Part shown: positions 1-11,310 of the stretch, piece by piece | Position numbering within the stretch: position 1 is the stretch's first letter | Layout of the letters: each line of letters begins with the position of its first letter | Assembly (NCBI RefSeq): GCF_963921235.1 | Contig: NC_086108.1 | Location: 81,594,001 to 81,654,000, forward strand | From: Mobula hypostoma | Taxonomy: Eukaryota | DNA: 60,000 bases | Reading direction: 5' to 3' | Notes under the pieces: generated by a model | Seen by the model: the letters and a program-made list of their open reading frames with translations, nothing else | What the model was told of the DNA's origin: nothing | Databases searched by the model: none | Program-made: the position numbers and the translations under genes

Positions 1-344
1 ACTTCTCATTCAGTTCGTTAAAGCTCTCATTAACTTAAAAATCACTTTGTTCAACTTGATTCTCTTTCCTTGAATGTGAACTAATTCTTTTTTTTGCAAA
101 GACCAATCTTCTAAAAATCAAATGTCGTTGATTTTGGTTATGACAGTTCAAAATTCCTTGCCACAAATTTAATGTCTTGACAATATCTGACTGTTAACAA
201 GTTGTACTGATTTCTTAATTCAAATAAAAATTTACTTAGAATTCATTCAATCTGTCTGATATCCTCTAAGTGTTGTCACTCAGCAATTTAAACCTGCATT
301 GATCTTATTTATTTCAGTATCACTCAAACTCAAATTCTAAATGC

Positions 345-962
345 ATCTGAGGACACTCTAGGGTTAGAGTAGCAACATCTCACATTCTGTCTGAGTGAAC
401 ATGAACATGTTGACAACATGAACATTGATTCCTCTAACTTCTGGTAATTTACTCCCCCCTCCCCTCTCTCTTCTTCCATCCCCCAGTCTGGCTTACCCCT
501 CCTAACCTGCCTATCACCACCCACAGATGCTGAATGACCTGCTGAGTTCCTCCAGCGCATTGTGAGTGTTCATTTGACAACAGCGTCTGCAGATTACTTT
601 GTGTTTCACCACCCACTGATACCCCTTCCCTTTCTCCCATGGTCTACTCTCCAACCAGAATTCTTCATTTTCCTCTCTTTACCTTTTCCATCTATCACCT
701 CTCTGCTACTCATGTTGTCCCTAACTCTCCCACCCACCTACCTTGCCCCTCACCTGGCTTCACCTCCTCTCCATGCCCTCCACCCCACCCCACCTTCTTA
801 TTCTGGTTTCTTCCCTCTTCCTTTCCCATCCTGATGAAGGGTCTCGGCCCAAAACATTCGTTCTTTATTTGTTTCCACAGAGGCTCCCTGACTCACTGAG
901 CTCCCCTCCAGCATTTTGCATGTATTACTCTGGATTTCCAGCATCTGCAGAACCTCTTCTGT
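345..962 (+). mobile_element. Penelope-like element 3' end / pseudo-LTR remnant
   Basis: Decayed GIY-YIG C-terminal-like segment (L.LE.QHL.F.L...MNID.SNF), CT-rich tract, degenerate hammerhead CTGATGAAGGGTCTCGGCCCAAAAC at about 830-855, then the GCTGAGTTCCTCCAGCA-type tail. Confidence 0.7.
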
Positions 963-1122
963 TCTAAATGAATCCGAATAACTCATTAAAATACCCCAAG
1001 ATCCAAATTTACTGTATATCTTCATAAGTGCAGCTGACTATGACAGAACATGAGCAAAATGATTTTGTAGTAATTTAAATTTCCATATATTCCAATTAAA
1101 AATATTTCTAACTAAATCCTTC

Positions 1123-1128
1123 TTTATT
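1123..1128 (-). terminator. Candidate polyadenylation signal of KISS1R
   Basis: First AATAAA found on the minus strand after the stop codon, about 625 nt downstream. Confidence 0.4.
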
Positions 1129-1751
1129 TGTATTAAGTTTATACATGCAATCCATTAAATAAAAATGCAATGGATCACATTTTCCTGTCAATTTCCAATA
1201 GGTTGAACAGATCTCTCTTCAATCACACCTGCAATTTCATTAAACAAGCTACATCTTTCCAGTAATTCAAATTACTGAAAAATTCCAAATGGTACACTCA
1301 TTTCCCATGAATTACCATTATATAATAAATTTGGTCCAAATATAACTCTAAAAGCAAAGCTTGTTCTAAGTCCAAGTTTTAAGCTGTTTTTCTTTTGAAT
1401 TGTTTAAGTGACTCAGTGGGCTGTGGCAAGAAAGGTTTTCACACTGACTGTTTCCATCTAGAGTTTATAGAAATCCAAATCCTAAGGGAATACTTCTTGG
1501 CAACCAATTACAAAGGATTCATTTGTGCTTCTGAAGCTGCTTGAAGGTAAATCATTTTTTTACAGTAAACCGCAATACTTGGCCATATACTTAAGTGCTA
1601 CTCAGCGAAGGCAAGCTCATAAACAAATTAAGAACTTGCATGTCATATTACTGTTAGTACATTTGCCCTCAAGGAATTATCCGGGCCAAACACAATGGCA
1701 ATCTGTGACTATGTATCTTAAACATGTTTATGTACAAAGAATTCATAACTG

Positions 1752-2108
1752 TTAAGATTCTGCAGTGATGAACTTCATTTCTGCATTGCCACTGCCAGAG
1801 GTCACGTTGTTGTCCCTGACCTTATGTCTGAACATAAATGGAAAGGTCTTTTTAAAGGACTTTCTAAAGCTGGCTCCCATAAACCCATAAACAAAGGGAT
1901 TGATGCAGGAGTTGGCGTAAGACATGCAGTTAGCCCAAGTTTTGATCTTGTATGTCTCATAGTTGGCCTGGAATTTTGGGTAAAACGCCTGGAAGAGGAT
2001 AAAGAGCTGGATGGGCCCCCAACAAACTGTAAAGAGGAGCACAATCACCACCACCATTTTAGAAATCTTGCTTCTCATTGCAATCGTCCTTTCAGACAGG
2101 AGCTGAAC
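1752..2108 (-). CDS. KISS1R: Kisspeptin receptor coding exon 5 (TM6, TM7, C-tail, stop)
   Basis: Acceptor CATCCAG|GTT; VQLLSERT...CWGPIQLF...MSYANSCINPFVYGFMG...KFITAES*; CWxP and NPxxY motifs; 357 nt. The five exons total 1092 nt (363 aa plus stop). Confidence 0.97.
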   Translation of the reverse strand, partial: VQLLSERTIAMRSKISKMVVVIVLLFTVCWGPIQLFILFQAFYPKFQANYETYKIKTWANCMSYANSCINPFVYGFMGASFRKSFKKTFPFMFRHKVRDNNVTSGSGNAEMKFITAES

Positions 2109-2969
2109 CTGGATGAAAACCAATACACTGTGTATTAGTGCTTAATTATCAAAAGACAAACATACGACTTTTGAAAAGCTGCAGTTTAAAGGATAAAGGA
2201 CTAAGAAATCAATGAGCAACAAAGAAAAGATGGACTGAGAAATGGCCAGTCATAAGATTGAATGTTGCTGATTTTGCTGTATTTTTTGCGTTACAATATA
2301 TTCACAGCTTAAGCCATACGACTCAATAAGCTATTATTATTTTAAAAGCTCTCGAGGAAATGAGTTCACCTGCATCTATATTTCTGAGTAAAGCTTCCTC
2401 ATCAGGAAATTCCATCATCTCCCCAAATACATAAATGTGTTTTTGGGTGCAACCTATTACTTCCATTGAAAGGTCTCCAAAAATCGGTCTCCCTCCTCTC
2501 AGAAGCATATTGTGCAGAGATCACCAACATGACGTTAGTTGAAGATTTCCTCACATATGTCCCATACCTTTGCCAAAAACATCAGGCAGACTCAGTTTTC
2601 AATGTTCATCACTGTTTAGTCTATCACTGATGCAGACGTTTTATTCAATGCACAATCTGTGATCTCTCCAACATGAATCATTCTCCACCCCTGGGACCAC
2701 TGACTGCACTAAATAATTGGGTTGGGCTACTATGCATACAGGAGAATGCCCAGGGATCCAAAGAATAAACAAACCTATCATCTTTGCCCTAATTGCCATG
2801 GGTGCAATGCACGCTGCTGCTCTGTAGCTGCCATTGAGAGTGTTTCTTTAAGCTCCAATACCTTCCAAACAATCAGCATACCCACGACTGAGGAGTTAAG
2901 AGATTGTTATGAAGCTCCCACAAAGTACCACAGCAGTTTTACTTAGTGCATGAGTGTAAACCATTGTAG

Positions 2970-5900
2970 ATTATAAGGGGGTCTTCATCAATTAGAGAAG
3001 TGGTTTGAGAAATGGCAAGTGGATTTCAATACAGTTAAGTGCAAGGCTGATGCGTTTTGGAAAGTCAAACCAGGGTAAGATTTATACTATGATCGGCAGG
3101 ACAACAGGAAGTCATAGAATCATAGCAAAGTACAGCACAAAAACAGGCCCTTTGGCCCATCTAGTCCGTGCCAAGTTATTTAAACTGCTTACTCCAATCG
3201 ACCTGCACTAGAAACATAGCTCCCCCACTCCCCTACCACCTATCAAGACTTCTCTTAACCATTGAAATCAAGCTCACATGCACCACTTACACTGGCAGCT
3301 CATTCCACACTCCCACGTCCCTCTGAGTGAAGAAGTTTCCCCTCACGTACCCTTTAAACTTTTCACCTTTCACCCTTAACCCATGACCTCTGGTTGTAGT
3401 CCCACCCAACCACAGTAAAAAAAGCCTGCCTGCATTTACCCTATCCATACCTTATAATTTTGTATACCTCTATCAAATCTCCTCTCAATCTTCTACATTC
3501 TAAGGAATACAGTCTTAACCTATTCAATCTTTCCATATAACTCAGGTCCTTCAGATCCGGCAACATCCTTGTAAATTATACTCTTTGAAACTTATTTACA
3601 TCTTTCCTGTAGGTAGAGGACCAAAACTGCATGCAATACTCCAAATTAGTCTCACCAATGTCTTATGCAACTTCAACATAACATCGTATCTACTGTACTC
3701 AATACTTTGATTTATAAATGCCAATGTGCCAAAAGCTTTCTTTACAGCCCTATCTACCTGTGATGCCACTTTCAATGAGTTATGAACCTGTATTCCCAGA
3801 TCCCTTTGTTCTACCACACTCCTCAGTGCCCAACCGTTCACTGAGTGAAACCTATCCTGGTTGGTTCTACCTTGCACACATCTGCCATTTTTTAGCCAAT
3901 TTTTCCAGCTGGTCCAGATCCGACTGCAAGCCATAATAGCCTTCCTCACTGTCCACTACACCCCCCAATCCAGGTGTCATCTGCAAATTTGCTGATCCAG
4001 TTAAACACATTATCATCCAGATAGTTGATATAGATGACGGACAACAACGGACTGAGAAACCAATCCCTGTGGCACTGCACTAGTCACAGGCCTCCAGTCA
4101 GAGAGGCAAACATCTACTACCACTCTCTGGCTTCTCCCACAAAGCCAATGTATAATCCAATCTACTACCTCATCTTGAATGCTGATCAACTGAACGTTCT
4201 TGACCAACCTCCCATGCGGGACCTTGTCAAATGCCTTGTGAATGACCATGTAGATACCATCCACTGCCTTGCCTTCATCCACTTCCCTGGTAACTTACTC
4301 AAAAAACTTTATAAGATTGGTTAGACATGACCTACCATGCATGAAGCCATGCTGACTATCCTTAATCAGTCTATGTCTATCCAAATACTCATATATCTGG
4401 TCCCTTAGATTACCTTCCAATAACTTTCCCACTACTGATGTCAGGTACACTGGCCTATAATTTCCTGTTTTACTTTTAGAGCCTTTCTTAAATTGTGGAA
4501 CAATATTGTCAATCCTCCAATCCTCTGGTACCTCACCTGTTGCTAAGGATGATTTAAGTGTTTCTGCTAGGGCCCCATCAATTTCTCCACTTGCCTCCTG
4601 CAGGGTCCAAGGCATCACCTTGTCAAGCCCTGGGAATTCATCCACCCTAATTTGCCTCAAACAGCTCCTCCTCTGTAATCTGTGTAGAGACCATGAAGTT
4701 GATGTCAGTTTGCCTCACTTCTGTACACTCTGTGTCCATCTCCTGAGTAAATACAGATGCAAAAAAAATTATTTAAGATCTCCTCCAGCTCTTTTGGCTC
4801 CACACATGGATTACCATTCTGATCTTCCAGAGGACCAATTTTCTCCCTTGCAATCCTTTTGCTCTTTTATGGTTATATGGGAGGCAAGGTTTGAGGGTCG
4901 GCACAACAATGTGGGCTGAAGGCCCTATATTGTGCTGTACTATTCTATGTTCTATGTTTTACCTTTTATTCTGACTGACACATACAGGCTTTGCAGTCTC
5001 AAAATTTCACTTTTGAAGGCCTCTCTCCTACCAAGTACATCTTTGCCAGAAGACAGCCTGTCTCAATCCACACTTGACAGATCCTTTCTGATACCATCAA
5101 AATTAGCCTTTCTCCAAATTAGAATGTCAACCCGCAGACCAGACCTATTTTTTTTTGCATACTTACTTTGAAACTCATGGCATCATGGTCACTGTGGGAT
5201 GCAAAGTGTTCAGCTGCCCTGTCTCATTCCCTAATAGCAGATGAAGTATTGCACACTCTCTCATTGGGTCTTCTATGTACTGATTAAGAAAACTTTCCTG
5301 GACACATTTGACAAACTCTCCCCCATCTAGTCCTTTTACAGTATGGAAATTATAGTCAGTTTAATTGAACGGATGGATTTAGGAGTACAAGTGCACAAAT
5401 CATTGAAAGGCAGACAGGATGGTGTTTAATTCACTGATCGTCATCAGTTACAGTATTGAACATGGGTGTTGGGACATTATGCTGCAGTTGTGTAGGTCAC
5501 TCAGAGTACTGTGTACAGTTTTGGTCACCATATTATAGGAAAAATGTGGTTAAACTGGGAATAGTGCAGTATAGATTTACCAGGATGTTGCCTGGACTAG
5601 AGTTCCTAAATTATGGGAATAGGATGGCCAGAGTAGCTCTTTGTTACTGGGAACATTGGAGAATGAGGAATGACCTTACGGAAACGGTTAAAATTATGAG
5701 AGCCATAGAGAAGGTGGATGGTAACAGTCTGTTCATGAGTGTAGGGAAGTCCAATACTAGAGGTGGGGGGGAAAGATTTAACAGGAATCTGAAGGGCAAT
5801 TTTTTTTTACACAAAGGATGGTGAGCATATGGAATGAGCTACAAGAGGAAGTGGTTGAGGCCGATACAATAGCATCGTTTAAGAAGCAATTGGATAGGTA

Positions 5901-6030
5901 TCTGGAGGGTGGGGTTTAGAGTGATTTGGGCTGAACGCAGGAAATTGAGACTAGGAGGGTGGGCACTGTGGTTGGCATGGCCTTGTTGGGTGCAAAAGCC
6001 TGCATCCATATTGTATTGTACTATGACTCT
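2970..6030 (+). mobile_element. CR1 LINE 3' part, itself interrupted by an antisense CR1
   Basis: RT C-terminal residues (EYCVQFWSPYYRK...RFTRMLPGL), CTATGACT-type tail, TSD AACCATT(G)TAG at 2959-2969 and 6031-6040. Confidence 0.8.
3112..5357 (-). mobile_element. CR1 LINE ORF2 fragment, degenerate
   Basis: ORF pieces GNYRPVYLTSVVGKLLE, KAFDKVPH, WRPVTSAVPQG; a short plus-strand CR1 tail is nested at about 4866-4958. Confidence 0.88.
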
Positions 6031-6414
6031 AACCATTTAGGTACTGTCATTGATGCATTAGTGACACATTCCATATTTCTGATGGATTTGATTGGACATT
6101 TGTGCAATAAACAGTGCCTGTATAATGCACTATAAAGAGCAAAGTCTATTTTCTGCACCCTTCTATTGGTCTGCATAATTACAGTACAGCATGTGATCCC
6201 CTCTTTTTAAACAAAACAGTAACTAAATTTCTGTCATGTTCAAAATAAAATACTTGCTCAGATTTTGCTGTGATTTGCCAGCAATCTGCATTCAATGGTC
6301 ACCTTACTAGGTACACCTGTACATCTGCCTATTAATGCAAATATCTAATCAGCCAATCATGTAGCAATAACTTATTGCATAAGAAGCATACAGACATGGT
6401 CAAGAGGTTCAGTT

Positions 6415-7767
6415 ATCAGCTTCATCTTCAAATTTAAAATGTTTGGATGTGCTACAGGCACAGGTTTTAAGATTGAGTTGTGGTGCAATAAGGTTATCCC
6501 CTGTTTCAGGTTTACTGGTTGAAATGGGACGATTACCCTTACAAATGCAGAGGATGAAGTTGATGTTAACATACTGGATTAATCTGAGGAGACAAAGAAA
6601 TGATCATCCTATTAAAGATGTGTTGGAGGACTATTAGAAACTTCACAAGAAGAGTGTTTTAGTTTCGGGTGGCTGGGTTGTTATCATGCTGGGAATATTG
6701 GTTTGATGGATTAGGCAATATGTCCTGCTGTAGCTTTTTCAGTAATCCCATTTTGTTTCTTTTCCAATTATTTTAATTGATTTTAGTTTACACAATTTAA
6801 TAAAATATAAGGATTCTGTTGGATCATCAATATATTAAGGAAAATTATGATATGTGAACCATTTTTACAGATAGGTCAGAAGATAATTTAACAGGGAATG
6901 TTGGTGTGGCTGTTTTTGTGCCTGAATTACAGATGACGATAAAGAAAGCATTTATCAGTATATACAATAGAATTGGTTGCCATCATTTTAGGCTTATGTT
7001 GGGTGGAGGAAATCTGTCCTTGCACAGTTGTAATTTGTTCAGATTCCTTTTCAGTTTTGATGTGTCTTAAAACAGGTCATTTTAGCAGTAGATCAGATTT
7101 AAACTCATCAAGCATTATTTCATATACAAAGTACTGGTTTACCTGCCTTCTTCTTATGAGTCCTTGCATATAGAGGTGTTGAGGGGAATTAACGGGCTGA
7201 TTGTTTAGCCAGAATAGCTGTAAAAAGTTCAAACTTCCACTAGTAAATCAGAAGCTAAGGGGGTGGTAGGGTTAAGAATTAGGGGCTTATACACACAAAA
7301 TGCTGGAGGAACTCAGCAGACCAGGCAGCAGGTGCTGTAGGGTTTCGGCCTGAAACGTCGACTGTACTTTTTTCCATAGATGCTGCCTGGCCTGCTACGT
7401 TTCTCCAGCAATTTTTTGTGCGTTGCTCAGATTTCCAGCACCTGCAGATTTTCTCTTGTTTGTAATTCGGGGATTATGGCATGACCTGTGGGATAACGGG
7501 CATAAGGGGTGACAGCTTTACAGAATACATAAAACTGTTGGGTTTTTTGGAGAAGGAGGTGAAACAAGAAGGGAAGGACTTATTTTGACGCAACTCCGAA
7601 TTGGGCATACTAGGTTTAATTATTCGTTATATCTTGTTGGAAAACATCATTCTGGGTTGTGTAGGTTTTATCATTATGAAACAGTTGAACATATTATTAC
7701 AGTGTGAAGCTTATAAGGTTGAAAGAAATCAAATGCAGGCTTCATTACAATCCTTGGGGATTGATAG
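6415..7767 (+). mobile_element. I/Nimb-like LINE fragment with RNase H and CCHC knuckle
   Basis: IFTD(G)S, ELVAIILGL, VICSDS, GVEGN.RAD.LA (RNase H), then LRIGHT and ETVEHI..C. Confidence 0.75.
7291..7463. mobile_element. Inverted Penelope pseudo-LTR cassette inserted in the RNase H LINE
   Basis: Inverted arms (ACACAAAATGCTGGAG...CAGGCAGCA / TGCTGCCTGG...CTCCAGCA...TTGTG), partial hammerhead GCCTGAAACGTCGACT, 14-bp TSD 7277-7290 / 7464-7477 (12/14 identical). Confidence 0.75.
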
Positions 7768-8389
7768 TCTCTAGAATTTACAGAGAATGATGTGAAAAAC
7801 AAGGAAAAAATCCAGTGAGCAGCAGTTCTGTGGGTGAAAATGTGTTTCTAGTGAGAGAGGTCAGAGGAGAATGACTGACTCAAGTCGACAGGAAGGTGAC
7901 AGTAACTCGAATAGCCACGTGTTACAACAGTAGTGTGCAGAAGAGCATCTCTCAGTGCATAACATGTCCAGGCTTGAAATGGATGGGCTATAGCAGTGGA
8001 AGACCATAAACATACTCTCAGTGGCCACTTTACTGGGTACAGGAGGTACCAAGTAAACCAGACACTGAGTGTACATGGTGCATTCACGGATGCACTCTGC
8101 CAATGCTGTCCAAAGGCTATGCAAATTCACTGAAATTTACCAACATTTAAACTTGGCAAATCTGCTCTCAGACTAGATCGTACACGGCATCCATGGGCCC
8201 ATTCGCTTGAATGAGAAATGAAGGCCTGAGTTAAAGAAAGTGAAGAAAAAGGCAAGTTGCAATTTTGTTGGAATTATTTGGTTTGGTTTACCTTTTATAA
8301 TTAGTTAAATTGCTTTAGCCTTTTAAGCTGTTTCTTTAACTTAAAATGTATAACAATTTTATTTTCTTTCATTTTTAATAGTTTTTTAA

Positions 8390-9572
8390 GTGTTCTGGAA
8401 TAGTAGAAAGATTCAGAAATGTTGAATGGAAAACAGCCTATGTGACCTATATTCAAAAAGGATGAAAGACAGTGGGCAGGAACCATAGGCCAGTTAGTTT
8501 AGTATTTATTGTTGGCAAGTTGGAGAGTCAATAATTAAAGAGGAAACAACTAATCATTTATGATAACAATATAATCAACATGGTTTTATTAAAGGTAAAT
8601 AAAGTTTGACAATTTGGCTCTAATTCTTTGAGGATGTAACAGCGTGAGTTGATAAGAGGAGAACCTGCAGATGTAGCATATTTAGGTTTCCAAAAGGCTT
8701 TTGACAAGATGTCACCCATGATGTTTGTGTATGATTTAAAAGCCCATGATCTAGATAATATAATTCAAGAATCACTAAGGTCCAGCAATCATGTCAAATG
8801 CAGTTAAAAAGACAAATGGCACATTAGCCTTTATTGCAAAGGAGCTCTAGTTTAAAAATAGATGGTTATTTATATAATTGCACATGGTGTTGATGAAGCC
8901 ACGCCAGGGACAGTGAGCAGAATTTTAGCCCGCTTGCTTTAAAATGGGGTCTGTATTCCTCGTAAATGGAGAGAGGCTGCAAACGAGTAGACTACTGGGG
9001 ATTGGTGTGGTTCCTGTGGTAAACCATATATATATATTGTAACTGGGTTACCTGTCTGGACACGCCCCTCCGCTGACTGCTCCTGTGGCTCCTCCCACAG
9101 ACCCCTGAATAAAGGCGATTGGGCCTTGGCTCCTCCTCTCAGTCCAGAGGCAGACACTCAGCATGCTGGAGGTCATATTTTACTGTGAATAAAAGCCTTT
9201 CAGTATTTACTCTACTTCCAGTCTTTTGGAGTTATTGATAGAGCATCAGTTCCAGGAGTGACTTTATTCAAACATACAAGCTCCTAAGAGCTTGTATACA
9301 GGGTAGATGTTAAGATTTGTTTCCATGAGTGGGACAACCATGAACAAGGGAACATAGATACAAAATAAGAGGCTGATCATGCTAAACTGAGGTACATGGA
9401 CTCTGAAATTGTCTTCCCAAGAGTCCTGAAGGAGAGATCATTGGGTATACTTAAGTAAAGAAAGATTGAGAAATTGAGGCTTATGGGGAACTGGCACAAC
9501 CAGGATAGATCAGTAATGATCATACTGAACAAGTCTGATGGTGTACTTCTGCTCCTACTTTCTTGTGTTCTT
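8390..9572 (+). mobile_element. Old CR1 LINE fragment
   Basis: Decayed NHRPVSL, FFEDVT..VD.G...DVAYL.FQKAFDK motifs and a 3' tail. Confidence 0.75.
9015..9248 (+). mobile_element. Solo LTR (234 bp)
   Basis: TG...CA termini, perfect 5-bp TSD GTTCC (9010-9014 / 9249-9253), AATAAA at 9188. Confidence 0.85.
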
Positions 9573-11071
9573 GAAATAATCCTTGACAAATTTAACAGAC
9601 AGCAAAGCCGAGGATATGTCTTTACCACCTCTTAAAGAAGATACTGGCCCACGTGACACAATCAAGGTCTGGGGCCCTATGTCAACTGGAAGCATTTCAT
9701 TTGGTCCCAGGACAGTCTACACAGCAAGGTTGGCTTTCTGTTTCTGGAGAAATTATGTTCAGGGGAATAAAGAACATAAGCAGAGACTGGGGGCTGTAAT
9801 ATCATATCTGCAAGTGATATAAATGCAAATCATACTATTTGACATAACTCAGAGCATTAGCACTGACTTTACCAGTAATATAACACGATACGGTTATATT
9901 GCAAGATGTCCTTTTTAGAACATCTGTTAAGTTTGTGAACAGGATGCATACATTTTTTTTCCAGATCAACGTTGAGGGATAATAATTTTTTATTCAGTAA
10001 TCTTTCAGAAAATACCTTTTCCTGTTCATTTGTATTAATGCGGGTTTTTAACAAATGTTATCAGAAGTAACTTATCTCGTTAATAGCTTTTCCTTCTATA
10101 CTTGTCCTTTTAACAGCATAGTTGACTTGATGTAAAACGTAAGCAAGGACAAAACTTCCACAAAAGAAGCAGATAAGTAATAAATTAACTTTGGTGGTGA
10201 AAAAGATTAAATCAATTAAGGGAGTGTATATTATCTACCTGTATCTCCACTTTGGGTTTTGACAACGTTGTTAGTCTTGTAATTGTATCCAAGTATACTA
10301 AAGCAAACACGCAGCAGAAATTGTCGAAAAAGCTTTGGTCTAATTCGTGGACTGACGATGCCGAAGGCAGACTTATTAATTCTAACATGTGATATCAATG
10401 TTCCTGTCTGGAATCCAACAGCTGCTTCATCGACACCTCTACAACTTCAGGGCATCTGAAATGAATACTGATTGCAAGCTCTCCTAGCTTTGCAGCCTTC
10501 TCCCAGACAAGACACAGGAGGCTATACCCCTGTTGCAGGGAAGAAAGGTCAGAACAGAAGCGTGCAATGGTTGGTGCAGATTGGTAGGCCTATTACTTAT
10601 CTGTATGACTTCATGACTCAATGACATCATGCTACTAATAACTCTGTACTGTATAGTCAGAGGTTCAGGAAAAGATCTGTGCATTAATCTGTGGGACACT
10701 TAACAGTTAGAAAATTCTGACCATTCTGTCTTGAAACCCATTGCACGTTTCAGTTCTGTTTCCTGCAGTCTCAGAAGCCAAAAAGATTGTTCCATGGGGC
10801 ATCTGTGCTTTCTGCTGTATATCTGCCTTGCTCCAAACTGTTAAGTATAAAGCATGTCAAAATTTCATGATGTGATTTGTCTCCAGAGCAAATGGCTTTC
10901 AGAGCATAGACTTGTAAGCATTATTGACTATGGTTTGGATACAATAACTACTACATTTATTACCACATTTCTGTCCTCCCAATTACAGACAGAGATAGTC
11001 CATTCACACAGTCAAGAAAAATTCACTTTTGATGTTCGGCCTGAGGCAGCTGTACAAAACTGCATACACAC

Positions 11072-11310
11072 CTGATAGCTGTTGTCAGCAGGCTCAATGA
11101 CAGGTTTGCCCACTCTCTTAATCATCAAAGAGTAGCAGAGGGAGATTGTGAGCAAAGGCAGAAAGTAGACAGCAAGAAAATGGTATAGGATGAAGCCCTT
11201 CTGATGGGCATCTGATGGAAAGGCCTCTGCACAGTATGTTCTGGGTCCATACCAATATCCCTTTTCTATCTTCTGGTACATAATAATTGGGAAAGACAGG
11301 ACAAAGGAAC
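11072..11310 (-). CDS. KISS1R: Kisspeptin receptor coding exon 4 (ECL2, TM5)
   Basis: Acceptor TTCTAG|GT, donor CAG|GTGTGT; (C)SFVLSFPIIMYQKIEKGYWYGPRTYCAEAFPS...YFLPLLTISLCYSLMIKRVGKPVIEPADNSYQ; 239 nt, phase 1->0. Confidence 0.97.

Larger units (their letters stand above)
6289..8071 (+). mobile_element. Non-autonomous Tc1-derived element, split by a LINE fragment
   Basis: Left TIR CATTCAATGGTCACC at 6289, right TIR ending CACTGAGTG|TA at 8071; transposase N-terminal sequence at 7768-8005 shared with copies at 19612 and 33495. Confidence 0.8.
2323..10455 (-). pseudogene. Nested, decayed multi-exon protein-coding gene of unknown family in KISS1R intron 4
   Basis: Exon-like blocks 9807-9626 (phase 1->0), 8225-8072+6286-6258 (183 nt, phase 0->0) and 6170-6041+2969-2323 (777 nt) have splice signals and compatible phases once a Tc1 and a CR1 are removed; scattered stops remain. 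Blocks 10455-10239 and about 10160-9873 are weaker. Confidence 0.6.

Noticed and set aside
2323..2969. Reading in-frame TGAs as selenocysteine or readthrough
   Set aside because: TAA stops occur in the same frame and transposons disrupt the exons; pseudogene decay is simpler.
10140..10195. Hydrophobic stretch VNLLLICFFCGSFVLAYVL as a signal anchor
   Set aside because: Equally explained as the T-rich pyrimidine tract of an intron; the frame cannot be fixed.
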